Shown: positions 17,474 to 25,507 of the stretch, in pieces
How positions within the stretch are numbered: the first letter of the stretch is position 1
How the letters are laid out: each line of letters begins with the position of its first letter
Source: Haloferax volcanii DS2
GTDB taxonomy: Archaea; Halobacteriota; Halobacteria; Halobacteriales; Haloferacaceae
Assembly (NCBI RefSeq): GCF_000025685.1
Contig: NC_013964.1
Location: 360,001-392,000 of the forward strand
Direction: 5' to 3'
DNA: 32,000 nt
Translations under genes and position numbers: made by a program
Notes under the pieces: model-generated
Database searches by the model: none
What the model saw: only the letters and a program-made list of their open reading frames with translations
What the model was told of the DNA's origin: nothing

Positions 17474-18460
17474 TCAGAGTCGGTCGCGCAGGAAGGGCCA
17501 CGCGCCGGCCTCGAAGAAGCGGTGGCCGCCGTCGCCGACGAAGAGGCTGCACTCTCTCTCGGCGTCCGCAGCGCGGTACCGACCCTGGATGCGGTCGAAC
17601 GCCCGTCTCGTCCCGGCTATCGGGAAGATGGGGTCGGATTCGCCCGCGACGATGCGGAGCGGTCGCGGGGCGACGAGGCCGGCGATGTCCCACGCCTCGC
17701 CGAGGCGTCGGAGGCCGGGAACGTAGTTGCACAGGCAGTGGTCGATGGGGACGATGGAGTCCTCGAACGGACAGACCGACGCGCAGGCGACGACGTGCCC
17801 GATTCGGTCGTCGAGCGCGGAGTGCCCCTCGACGAAGTCGACCAGACGACGCACGTCCCACACGCGCTCGCCGACGAGCGACCGGCCGAGGAGTTGGGCG
17901 CGCTTCTGCCAGCGCGTACACGCGCTGACGGCGTCGGACGAGTCCGAGTCGTCGGATGTGTCGGGTGACAGCTCGCCGAAGGCGCGCATGTCGGGAGCGA
18001 CGACGGCGAAGCCCCGCCGGGCCGCCTGTCGGGCCATGTCTCGTCGGTCGTCGGCGATGTGACGGCCGGCCGCCTCGCCCTCGGCGACGCCGGCGGCGAG
18101 GTCTTTGCCGTGTTCGGTGTGGCCGTGAAGCGCGACGGCGACGGGGTACGGCGGGTCCACCGAGTCGGGGAGAAGCAGGTAGAACGGGACGCGGAACCCC
18201 CGTTCGGTGCGGACGCTCCACGTCCGTCGCTCGTAACTCCGGTGTCGAACCGTCGCTTCCGGATGCTCCCGTCGCCTCGGGTCGATGTCCTCGACGGCGC
18301 TGTCGCGAACCGCCGGAAATCCGAGCACGTCGCGCAGTTCGGCGCGGAACGACTCCTGCCACGCCTCGAATTCCTGTCCTGTCTCACCCGCGTACGCGGC
18401 CGAGCCGTCGGTCGCTCGGAGGACGTCGTCGAACCAGTCGTCGTAGTCGAAGCCAGTCAT
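17474..18460 (-). CDS. alpha/beta-hydrolase fold protein (carbohydrate-esterase/dienelactone-hydrolase-like), atypical nucleophile region
   Basis: 328 aa from ATG 18460 (MTGFDYDDW...). The upstream 28 codons have mixed GC3. Has VAVALHGHTEHG, APDMRAFGE, LLGRSLVGERVWDVRRLVDF, HCLCNYVPG, APRPLRIVAGESDPIFP and GGHRFF (acid and His candidates) but no G-x-S-x-G. Directly upstream of GH28 on the same strand. Confidence 0.7.
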   Translation of the reverse strand: MTGFDYDDWFDDVLRATDGSAAYAGETGQEFEAWQESFRAELRDVLGFPAVRDSAVEDIDPRRREHPEATVRHRSYERRTWSVRTERGFRVPFYLLLPDSVDPPYPVAVALHGHTEHGKDLAAGVAEGEAAGRHIADDRRDMARQAARRGFAVVAPDMRAFGELSPDTSDDSDSSDAVSACTRWQKRAQLLGRSLVGERVWDVRRLVDFVEGHSALDDRIGHVVACASVCPFEDSIVPIDHCLCNYVPGLRRLGEAWDIAGLVAPRPLRIVAGESDPIFPIAGTRRAFDRIQGRYRAADAERECSLFVGDGGHRFFEAGAWPFLRDRL

Positions 18461-18950
18461 TCGGTGTCGTTCCGACGAACGCAACGGGTTCACAAGTGCG
18501 TGTCGACGTCGCGGATCGGAGGGTTGTTCCCCGTAGACGAACAAACCTAAATGCGAATGAAATCGGGCGTAAAACCCATCACTCGTCGGTTTTCGGTCGT
18601 TTTCGATGGAGAACGAACCGACCCGAAATCGGGAGAATGAGCATTACGGTTGTAGCGTCGTCACGGCGCGTGGCGAACCGAGTCAAGCCCTATTTCCGCT
18701 AGTAGAGGCCACAAATGCCACGATTCTGATGTTCGCGGCGGTGACTGGGACGCCACTCAGCGAGGACGCCCAACCGAATTCGGATGTTGAGTTCCCCATA
18801 CGCGAACAAAAACTAACATATCAATTATATATTAGGAACGAAAATCGGAAGACAGCGGCGAGATAGCGATGAAAGTGATACTATGATATGAAGAACAGCG
18901 ATGAGCCGAGTCGGGAGAGACGACGGGAGAAAGCAGAAAGCCGAAAGCGT

Positions 18951-19193
18951 TCAGTCGAGGGCGTCACTCAGGTAGCCGCACCGCCAGAAGACGACGCCGA
19001 CGGTCGCGAGGAGCACGCCGGCGAGGGCGAAGTCCATCATGAGGACGACGTACGACGCGGTCCCGCGTTCGATGCCCGTCATCGCGAGGAGGCCGAGGAC
19101 GACGATGAGCAACGTAAACGAGAGCACGCTCGTCCACAGCATCTTCTTTCGGCAAATCCAACATTTGAAGTACGACCGTTCTGAGGTTCCCAT
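18951..19193 (-). CDS. small hypothetical membrane protein (2 predicted TM helices)
   Basis: 80 aa with two hydrophobic stretches (VLSFTLLIVVLGLLAM; VVLMMDFALAGVLLATVGVVFW). High GC3 in the TM part. TATA-like GATAATAG (19216-19223) lies 23-30 nt upstream of the ATG. No family recognised. Confidence 0.5.
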   Translation of the reverse strand: MGTSERSYFKCWICRKKMLWTSVLSFTLLIVVLGLLAMTGIERGTASYVVLMMDFALAGVLLATVGVVFWRCGYLSDALD

Positions 19194-19314
19194 TACCGGC
19201 GATTTCGCAAAACAAGATAATAGTCCTTTGGGGGACCGCCCCGCGCGTCGCGAGAGTCACGGGCGCGACCGCGTAATCAAATGATGTCAGTAGACAATTA
19301 CCATTATCGATGGG

Positions 19315-19320
19315 TATATA
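19315..19320 (+). promoter_or_regulatory. TATA box for the family-5 SBP gene
   Basis: TATATA lies 28-33 nt upstream of ATG 19348. It is paired with the divergent TATA-like GATAATAG at 19216-19223, which serves the 80-aa membrane ORF. Confidence 0.5.
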
Positions 19321-19347
19321 CGGGATAGTCATAATGGGTACTGTGTG

Positions 19348-21444
19348 ATGGATTCGCAAAGCAGCGCTGAGTCCGACAAGTGGATCAGCGACGACGAGTG
19401 GGAAGACGTATCGCCACAGACGCGCCGTCGTCTGCTTCGAAACGCGTTCGGTGCCACGGCCGGCGCCGCTGCGCTGGCTGGCTGTAGTCAGGGCGGGAAC
19501 GAGGATACGCCGACGCCGCTCGAGAACGAAGGCGGTGGCGGCGAAAGCACGACGACTGACGGCGATTCGACCAGCCAGTCGTCGGGTCGAACGCTCGACC
19601 ACATCATCTCGCTCGCGCCGACGAACGCCCGGTTCAATCCGTACGGCAACGCCGCGAACTTCTCGTTCCGGTGGTACTGGGCGATGTTCGACCAACTGGC
19701 CGTCCACGACAAGGTGTCGAACAAGACGAAAGGGATGGTCGTCGAGGACTGGGAGTACGCCGACAACGGACAGGTCGCGTGGAACATCCGCGACACCTAC
19801 ACGTGGCACAACGGCGACGACCTGACCGCGGAGGACGTGGCGACCCAGCTCAAAATCGGCAAGCTGATGCAGACCGTCCACAAGGGCTACGGCGCGCAAC
19901 CGCTGTACGAGAACGTGGAGACGACCGGGAAGTACGAACTCACGTTCGACCTGGTCGAGCCCGACATCAGCCGGGAGATATTCGAGTTCGGTCACATGAA
20001 ACGCCGCGCGTGGCTCTGGGCGCACCGAGACATCTGGGGGAAGTACGCCGAGATGTTCGACGACGCCACCACCGAATCGGAACGGACCTCCGCCCAGCAG
20101 GAGATGATGCAAGCGGTTCAACAGAACGTCTGGGACAACGCGAACGTCCCGGGTAACTCCGTCTGGGAGTTCGTCAGCGGAGAGGAGAACGTCGCGCACT
20201 TCGAACCCTACGACGACTACGTCAGCCCCTTCAGCGACGCCGAGTGGTCGAACGGCGAGATTACGGGCGACATGATAGACTACAGCCTCGACTGGCACCG
20301 CTACCCGAACCAGCAACAGCGGACCAAGGCGATGCAGGAGGGCGTCATCGACGTGAGCTACCCGCCGGAGTCGCAGTCCGCTCGTGACCGGCTCAAGGAG
20401 AACGGGTGGGGGCCGGCCGACAGCCTCTCCGAGGACCAGATTACGCCGCAGATGCGCAGCGGGGCGATGGGCGTCCTGCTCAACTGTCAGAGCGACATCA
20501 CCGGCGACCCGCGCGTCCGGAAGGCGATTCACCACATCGTCCCCCGGAAGCCGCTCGTCGAGTGGGTTCCGGACTACGGCACCTACTGGGTCGAAGACCG
20601 CATTCCGTCCGGCATCGGGCAGGACAAGGAAGTGCCATGGTTCGGCGGGAACTCGAACTGGCCGAGCGGCGACCTCGCGAAGCTCGAGCGGTACGCCCAC
20701 ACGGAAGACGACGTGGACGAACAGCGGGCGACCGAACTCCTCGAGGCCGCCGGCTTCTCGAAGTCGGGCAACCGCTGGAAGGACCCGAACGGGGAGAACG
20801 TCACCCTTCGGTTCTACACGGCGACGTCCGACGAGGAGCCGATGGCCCTACGGTTCGCACAGATCGCGAAGTCCTACCTGGACGACTTCGGTCTCCAGAC
20901 CGAAGTGACCGCACAGGAAGCGACCATCCGCGCCGGCAAGACCATCGAGTCCGGCGACTGGGAGTTACTGTTCGACAACTGGGGCGGTGCGAAGTCCGGC
21001 CCGCCGTTCCTCGGCTTCTCGAACTCCTTCAGAGTCCAGGAGTCGCTGTCCGGACAGCCGCTTCCGAGCAACGACAGCTGGGCGATGGACCGCGTCGTCG
21101 AGGTTCCGTACCCCATCGGGGACCCGGCCGGTGACCTCCAGGAAGTCGACGTCATCGACAAGCTCAACGAGCTCCGGACGCAGATGTCGGACGAAGAGCG
21201 CAGACAGAAGGTCGCGGAAGTCTCGTGGATATTCAACCAGTCGCTGCCGATGATGCTCATCAACGAGGAGGGCGGCACGGGCGGCTACTGGCTGAATCAC
21301 GACAACTGGGCGACGAAGCCCCCGAACGACAACCTGAACCCGGCGTACCGCTACGAGATCGTCGAGATCGGTCAGTACTCCTACTGCCAGTACATGGCCA
21401 AGATGGGAACCGAATACTTCCACCCGGCGGAGGGAGGCCAGTAA
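19348..21444 (+). CDS. ABC substrate-binding lipoprotein, family 5 (Opp/Dpp class), Tat signal; probable oligosaccharide (oligogalacturonide?) binder
   Basis: About 698 aa from ATG 19348 (the track starts at GTG 19345). Long acidic n-region, then TRRRLLRNAFGATAGAAALAGC (twin-Arg plus lipobox) and a Gly/Glu/Thr/Ser linker. Size and periplasmic-binding-protein-like composition fit family 5. TATATA at 19315-19320 lies 28-33 nt upstream. The substrate is inferred from context only. Confidence 0.8.
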   Translation: MDSQSSAESDKWISDDEWEDVSPQTRRRLLRNAFGATAGAAALAGCSQGGNEDTPTPLENEGGGGESTTTDGDSTSQSSGRTLDHIISLAPTNARFNPYGNAANFSFRWYWAMFDQLAVHDKVSNKTKGMVVEDWEYADNGQVAWNIRDTYTWHNGDDLTAEDVATQLKIGKLMQTVHKGYGAQPLYENVETTGKYELTFDLVEPDISREIFEFGHMKRRAWLWAHRDIWGKYAEMFDDATTESERTSAQQEMMQAVQQNVWDNANVPGNSVWEFVSGEENVAHFEPYDDYVSPFSDAEWSNGEITGDMIDYSLDWHRYPNQQQRTKAMQEGVIDVSYPPESQSARDRLKENGWGPADSLSEDQITPQMRSGAMGVLLNCQSDITGDPRVRKAIHHIVPRKPLVEWVPDYGTYWVEDRIPSGIGQDKEVPWFGGNSNWPSGDLAKLERYAHTEDDVDEQRATELLEAAGFSKSGNRWKDPNGENVTLRFYTATSDEEPMALRFAQIAKSYLDDFGLQTEVTAQEATIRAGKTIESGDWELLFDNWGGAKSGPPFLGFSNSFRVQESLSGQPLPSNDSWAMDRVVEVPYPIGDPAGDLQEVDVIDKLNELRTQMSDEERRQKVAEVSWIFNQSLPMMLINEEGGTGGYWLNHDNWATKPPNDNLNPAYRYEIVEIGQYSYCQYMAKMGTEYFHPAEGGQ

Positions 21445-21526
21445 CCGCGCCGAGCGCCGCCACCTGAACGAGAAACCGTCGTCTCACCGAGTCAGTCAGA
21501 ACGTATCAGCCATACGGTGAACTCCC

Positions 21527-21558
21527 CGTCCGGAGGCGCAACGCGCCGCCTCCGGACG
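21527..21558 (+). promoter_or_regulatory. intercistronic perfect stem-loop between the SBP and permease genes
   Basis: CGTCCGGAGGCG (21527-21538), an 8-nt loop CAACGCGC, then CGCCTCCGGACG (21547-21558). This is a 12-bp perfect GC-rich stem, 83 nt after the SBP stop and 94 nt before the permease ATG. Confidence 0.6.
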
Positions 21559-21651
21559 CGACGACGGCGAGGTCGGTTCGGTCGAGTGCGGACGAAAGTA
21601 GCCCTATTCATAATGATTAAGTACCCACATGAGAGGTAAGAACTAGCAAGG

Positions 21652-23778
21652 ATGGTCGAGAAAAATTACTACGTGCGCCGGATAGCGCAGGCCCTGATAA
21701 CGGTCTGGGCGGCGATCACGTTCTCGTTCGTGACGGTTCGGCTCATTCCCGGCGGGCCGATGGACTACATCGCCGCGCAGATCAGACAGCGGTCCGGAGG
21801 GGCGGTTTCGTCGACCCGCCTCAACCAGATGGTCGAGATGTACTCGAACATCAACCCGGACAAGCCGATGCTGCAGGCGTACGTCGAATACATCGTATCG
21901 GTCGCGCAACTGGACTTCGGACGGTCTATCTTCTACGCGGACCCGGTCTGGAACGTGCTCGGACCGGCAATCCCGTGGACGATGTTCGTCTCGCTTTTCG
22001 CCCTCGTCATCGGCACCATCATGGTGTTTCTCATCGGCGGCTTCCTCGCCGTCCACGAGGGCGACACCTGGGACGTGGTCGGGAGTTACTTCGTCATCTT
22101 CTCCGACGCCGTCCCGTACTACATCGTCGGGCTCGTACTGCTTTTCACGCTCGGATTCGGTACCGAGTTCTTCCCCAACGGGGGGCGGTACGACAACGCG
22201 CTCACGCCCGGGTTCAACATCGAGTTCATGGCCAGCGTGCTGCGACACGCGGCGCTGCCCATCATGTCGTTCGCGCTGACCTCGTGGGGCGGCCTCGAGT
22301 TCCGCGCGCACTGTACCCGCATCATCGGTGAGGACTACGTCGACGTGGCGGAACTCAGGGGACTGCCCGACAGCCGGATTCAACTGCGGTACATCGGTTG
22401 GAACTCGATGCTGCCGATGTACACCGGCCTCATGGCCGGCCTCGCCAGCCTGTTCGGCGGGTCGGTCATTATGGAGCAGATATTCCGCTACCGCGGCATG
22501 GGCTTCTACTTCTACGAAGCCACGATGGCGCGGGACTACACGACGGTCATGGCGGCAGTCATCCTGTTTACCATCGTCACCGTCATCGGCCTGCTCATCG
22601 CCGACTTCACCTACGGCTTCATCGACCCCCGCGCCGGGCACACCCAGCGCGAGTCCTACTCGCGGTCGTACCGCGAAACGCTCCAGCGGTTCGTCAACCG
22701 CCTGCGGGGCGGCGGCGCAGACGAGACCGAAACCATCGACGACCGCATCGAAGGGAACCGCATCTCGGCCAGCGGCGCGATGAGCTTCGACGTCGATAGC
22801 TCCGACTTCTCGCGCGGAGAGTACATCAGAGAGCGAATCGACCAGAGTCTCCTGACCCCGTTCCGCATCATCTGGACCTCGCCGCGGGCGCGGGTCGGCG
22901 CGATAATCCTCGGTATCTTCGGCTTCCTCGGGCTGTTCGGGCAGTTCCTCGTCCCCGAGGTCAGCCCGATGCAGGGGCCGATTCTCCTGCAACCGCTGGA
23001 GAACGTGCGCTACCCGCTCGGCACCGACGACATCGGGCGCGACCTCCTCGCACAGCAGGTGCTCGCGACCCGCCCGATGCTCATCATGATGCTGTCGGGC
23101 GCGGCGGTGACGCTCAGCCTGGCCATCCTTCTCGGCGTCACGGCCGGCTACCTCGGCGGCGTCATCGACAAGGTGCTCATGACGGTGACGGACGTGATGA
23201 TGAACATCCCCGGCCTGGCGCTGGTCATCGTCCTCGCCGTGATTCTCGAACCGAAGAGCCCGGTGTTCGTCGGGGTCGTGCTGGCCATCGACAACTGGCC
23301 ACGGTTGGCCCGACAGCTCCGCTCGCAGGTGCTCACTATCCGCAGTGAGTCCCACGTCGAGGCCTCGCGGGTGCTCGGACTGCCAACATCGAGCATCCTC
23401 TCGAAGAACGTCATGTCCCGGCTCATGCCGATGCTGACGATGGGGACTGTCGGCTCCATGCGGAACATCCTGATGGAGTCCGTCGGCCTGTACTTCATCG
23501 GCGTGCTGCCGTTCACGACGAGCAACTGGGGCGTCGTCCTCAACATCGCCCGCAACGGCGGCGCGCTGTCCGGCATGGACCGCTTCCACTGGCTGCTCGC
23601 GCCGACACTGTTCATCGTCACGATGACGTACGGCCTCCAGCTGTTCGCGCAGGGGACGGACCGACTGTTCAACCCCCGCCTCCGCGCGCGGCACGCGGCC
23701 ACCGTCTCGACCGACGACATGGAAGGCGGTCGCGGCGGCTCGGAAGGCGGCGACGGTGCCGCATCGGCCGCGGACTAA
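21652..23778 (+). CDS. fused ABC permease (DppB/OppB-like N-half plus DppC/OppC-like C-half)
   Basis: 708 aa. The N-half starts YVRRIAQALITVWAAITFSFVTVRLIPGGP and ends LIADFTYGFIDPRAGH (OppB-type termini). A hydrophilic linker of about 72 aa spans roughly 22641-22857. The C-half has GTDDIGRDLLAQQV and LGVTAGYLGGVIDKVLMTVTDVMMNIPGLALVIVL (OppC-type). Confidence 0.85.
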   Translation: MVEKNYYVRRIAQALITVWAAITFSFVTVRLIPGGPMDYIAAQIRQRSGGAVSSTRLNQMVEMYSNINPDKPMLQAYVEYIVSVAQLDFGRSIFYADPVWNVLGPAIPWTMFVSLFALVIGTIMVFLIGGFLAVHEGDTWDVVGSYFVIFSDAVPYYIVGLVLLFTLGFGTEFFPNGGRYDNALTPGFNIEFMASVLRHAALPIMSFALTSWGGLEFRAHCTRIIGEDYVDVAELRGLPDSRIQLRYIGWNSMLPMYTGLMAGLASLFGGSVIMEQIFRYRGMGFYFYEATMARDYTTVMAAVILFTIVTVIGLLIADFTYGFIDPRAGHTQRESYSRSYRETLQRFVNRLRGGGADETETIDDRIEGNRISASGAMSFDVDSSDFSRGEYIRERIDQSLLTPFRIIWTSPRARVGAIILGIFGFLGLFGQFLVPEVSPMQGPILLQPLENVRYPLGTDDIGRDLLAQQVLATRPMLIMMLSGAAVTLSLAILLGVTAGYLGGVIDKVLMTVTDVMMNIPGLALVIVLAVILEPKSPVFVGVVLAIDNWPRLARQLRSQVLTIRSESHVEASRVLGLPTSSILSKNVMSRLMPMLTMGTVGSMRNILMESVGLYFIGVLPFTTSNWGVVLNIARNGGALSGMDRFHWLLAPTLFIVTMTYGLQLFAQGTDRLFNPRLRARHAATVSTDDMEGGRGGSEGGDGAASAAD

Positions 23779-23783
23779 CCAAC

Positions 23784-23819
23784 CGGACCAGCCGGTCCGT
23801 TTCGCGTCGCTGCTTTTTT
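23784..23819 (+). terminator. candidate terminator after the fused permease gene
   Basis: Hairpin CGGACC-agcc-GGTCCG (23784-23799) followed by a T6 run at 23814-23819, 6-40 nt after the permease stop (23778). Confidence 0.45.
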
Positions 23820-23909
23820 CGATTATCTCGACCCGAGAACGGTCGTGCCACACTGTCTCAGGGAAAAGGTTAACACACGCGCTATCGACCTACGAAACGG
23901 ACTTCAACC

Positions 23910-24011
23910 ATGAAAGTGGAGAAAGAAGGAAATACGACGCGGTACCTGCTCGGCCTCGTGATACTCGTAATCCTGCTCATCGGGGTGTACTACGGATTCA
24001 CCATGATGTGA
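23910..24011 (+). CDS. possible 33-aa single-TM micro-protein
   Basis: ATG AAA GTG ... ATG ATG TGA translates to MKVEKEGNTTRYLLGLVILVILLIGVYYGFTMM. GC3 is fairly high in the hydrophobic part. Not in the ORF track (<60 aa). Its stop abuts the stop of the convergent 72-aa ORF. Weak evidence. Confidence 0.25.
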   Translation: MKVEKEGNTTRYLLGLVILVILLIGVYYGFTMM

Positions 24012-24230
24012 TCAGAACAGTCGGTACGCCCAGAGCAGTACCCGGAACGCGACGGCGACGAACACCAGCAATCCACCGATTATTCCGAACATTCCCGCCC
24101 AGACGCCGGTCTGAAGGGCGGCACCGAAGAGAATCAACAGCGCGCCGAGGAAAACCACCGTCGAGGTGACACCGCCGATTTTGGAGCGAACTGTCCACAG
24201 CACGTTCTGTCGCGTTTGCGCTTGCGCCAT
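24012..24230 (-). CDS. small hypothetical membrane protein (72 aa, 2 TM)
   Basis: Start assigned to ATG 24230 (MAQAQTRQNVLWTV...), with TATA-like CTTATAG (24255-24261) 25-31 nt upstream. Two hydrophobic helices and good GC3. The longer 158-aa track ORF upstream is compositionally non-coding. Confidence 0.5.
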   Translation of the reverse strand: MAQAQTRQNVLWTVRSKIGGVTSTVVFLGALLILFGAALQTGVWAGMFGIIGGLLVFVAVAFRVLLWAYRLF

Positions 24231-24445
24231 GTCAGCACGGACATCGCGGACGAACTTATAGTTTGCCGGTATCGGCAGCCGAACCGCCCGAAGACTCCGA
24301 TATCGACGCGCATGGACTGCGCTGTCGGAAAGTATTAAGTAGTATTGAACGTGATAGATTCCTACTACGGTCACATGTTGACGATAGGCACGCGTAACGG
24401 GCGGGGTCGCTCGCCCGCCGTACGAACCGACGAGAGGGACTGACC

Positions 24446-25507
24446 ATGGCGACGCAACACACCAAACGGAAGACGCGGGACGAGCCATCTGCCGAGCACA
24501 ACGTCTTAGAGATAACGAACGCGAGCGTCGCGTTCGCGATGGAGCGCGGGGACGCGCGGGTCCTCGACGACGTGTCGATAAATGTTCGCCGCGGCGAGGT
24601 GCTCGGCGTCGTCGGCGAGTCCGGCTCCGGCAAGTCGATGCTGGCGGACTCCATGCTCGACGCCATCGACTCCCCGGGGACGCTCACCGGCGACGTGGTG
24701 TTCAACCCGCCGGAGGGGGGCGAGCCCATCAAGGTCAACGAGCTGAGCAAAGAGGAGCTCCGTCGGTTCCGCTGGGAACGGGTCTCGATGGTGGTCCAAG
24801 GGGCCCTCGATTCGTTTAACCCGACGCTCAGCATCGGTGACCACTTCGTCGAGACGCTCCGAGCGCACGACTACGACATTCAGGAGGGGATGGAACGCGC
24901 CCGACAGCTCATCTCCGACGTACACCTCGAACCGGACCGCGTCCTCGACGCATACCCCCACGAGCTTTCGGGCGGGATGAAACAGCGCGCGCTCATCGCG
25001 CTGAGCCTCATCCTCGACCCCGACGTGCTCGTGATGGACGAGCCGACCGCCGCGCTCGACCTCCTGATGCAGCAGTCGATTCTGAAGCTCCTCTCGGAGC
25101 TGAAAGCCGAGTACGACCTCACCATCGTCATCGTGACGCACGACCTGAGCCACGTCGCGCGCATCTCCGACCGCCTCGCGGTGATGTACGCCTTCGAACT
25201 GCTGGAACTCGGCCCGGTGCAGGACATCGTCATGGACCCCGCCCACCCCTACACGCGGGAGCTCCTCAACTCGATACCCGACATCGACGCCGATCTCGAC
25301 GAGATGGCGTCCATCGAGGGGACGAGCCCGGACCCGTTGAACGTCCCGAAGGGCTGTTCGTACCACACCCGATGCCCGCTCGCCGACGAGCGGTGCCGGG
25401 CGACGAACCCGGACCTCATGGAGGTGTCCGACGACCACGGGGCCGCATGCTTCTACACGGACGAGGCCCGCGAGACGATTCCCCTCAAGAAGGAGGTCTC
25501 GAAATGA
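24446..25507 (+). CDS. ABC transporter ATP-binding protein (OppD/DppD-like)
   Basis: Walker A GESGSGKS, signature LSGGMKQR, Walker B VLVMDEPTAALD, and an Opp-type C-terminal Cys-rich extension (CSYHTRCPLADERC...AACFY). Confidence 0.9.
   Translation: MATQHTKRKTRDEPSAEHNVLEITNASVAFAMERGDARVLDDVSINVRRGEVLGVVGESGSGKSMLADSMLDAIDSPGTLTGDVVFNPPEGGEPIKVNELSKEELRRFRWERVSMVVQGALDSFNPTLSIGDHFVETLRAHDYDIQEGMERARQLISDVHLEPDRVLDAYPHELSGGMKQRALIALSLILDPDVLVMDEPTAALDLLMQQSILKLLSELKAEYDLTIVIVTHDLSHVARISDRLAVMYAFELLELGPVQDIVMDPAHPYTRELLNSIPDIDADLDEMASIEGTSPDPLNVPKGCSYHTRCPLADERCRATNPDLMEVSDDHGAACFYTDEARETIPLKKEVSK

Noticed and set aside
16866-18362. 498-aa and 256-aa minus-strand ORFs and several plus-strand ORFs overlapping GH28 and the esterase.
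   Set aside because: These are alternative-frame or antisense readings with extreme Arg/Pro content (for example RRRRRGRGGRPSHRRRPTRHG). The GH28 and alpha/beta-hydrolase frames carry the family motifs.
18606-19184. ORFs 18606-18866 (86 aa, plus) and 18888-19184 (98 aa, plus).
   Set aside because: The first lies in an AT-rich non-coding stretch with no coding bias. The second is antisense to the better-supported 80-aa membrane ORF and encodes an implausible Arg/Glu/Asp-rich peptide.
17411-19212. GAAATCG / CCGAAATCGG-like motif (17411-17420, about 18556-18567, 18621-18632, reverse complement near 19199-19212) as a shared operator of the island.
   Set aside because: The same short motif also occurs inside coding regions (for example about 6215-6224, about 26265, about 9335). 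With only 7-10 nt and imperfect copies I cannot separate it from chance without a genome-wide enrichment test.
18964-20700. 578-aa minus-strand ORF.
   Set aside because: It is antisense to the family-5 SBP gene and its product is Arg/Val/Pro/Leu-rich and low-complexity. The plus-strand product has a Tat-lipobox signal and a coherent SBP sequence.
21643-23853. 736-aa minus-strand ORF.
   Set aside because: It is entirely antisense to the fused permease gene. Its composition is dominated by R, D, E, H and G with no hydrophobic core or motif. The plus-strand frame has clear OppB/OppC motifs.
17384-25503. Longer N-terminal extensions offered by the ORF track for GH28 (to 17467), the esterase (to 18544), the 72-aa membrane ORF (to 24488) and the OppF-like ATPase (from 25372).
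   Set aside because: The extensions have poor GC3 and odd composition, overlap the neighbouring gene (ATPase case), or lack homology-like sequence. The internal ATGs give canonical N-termini, ATGA coupling or proper TATA spacing.
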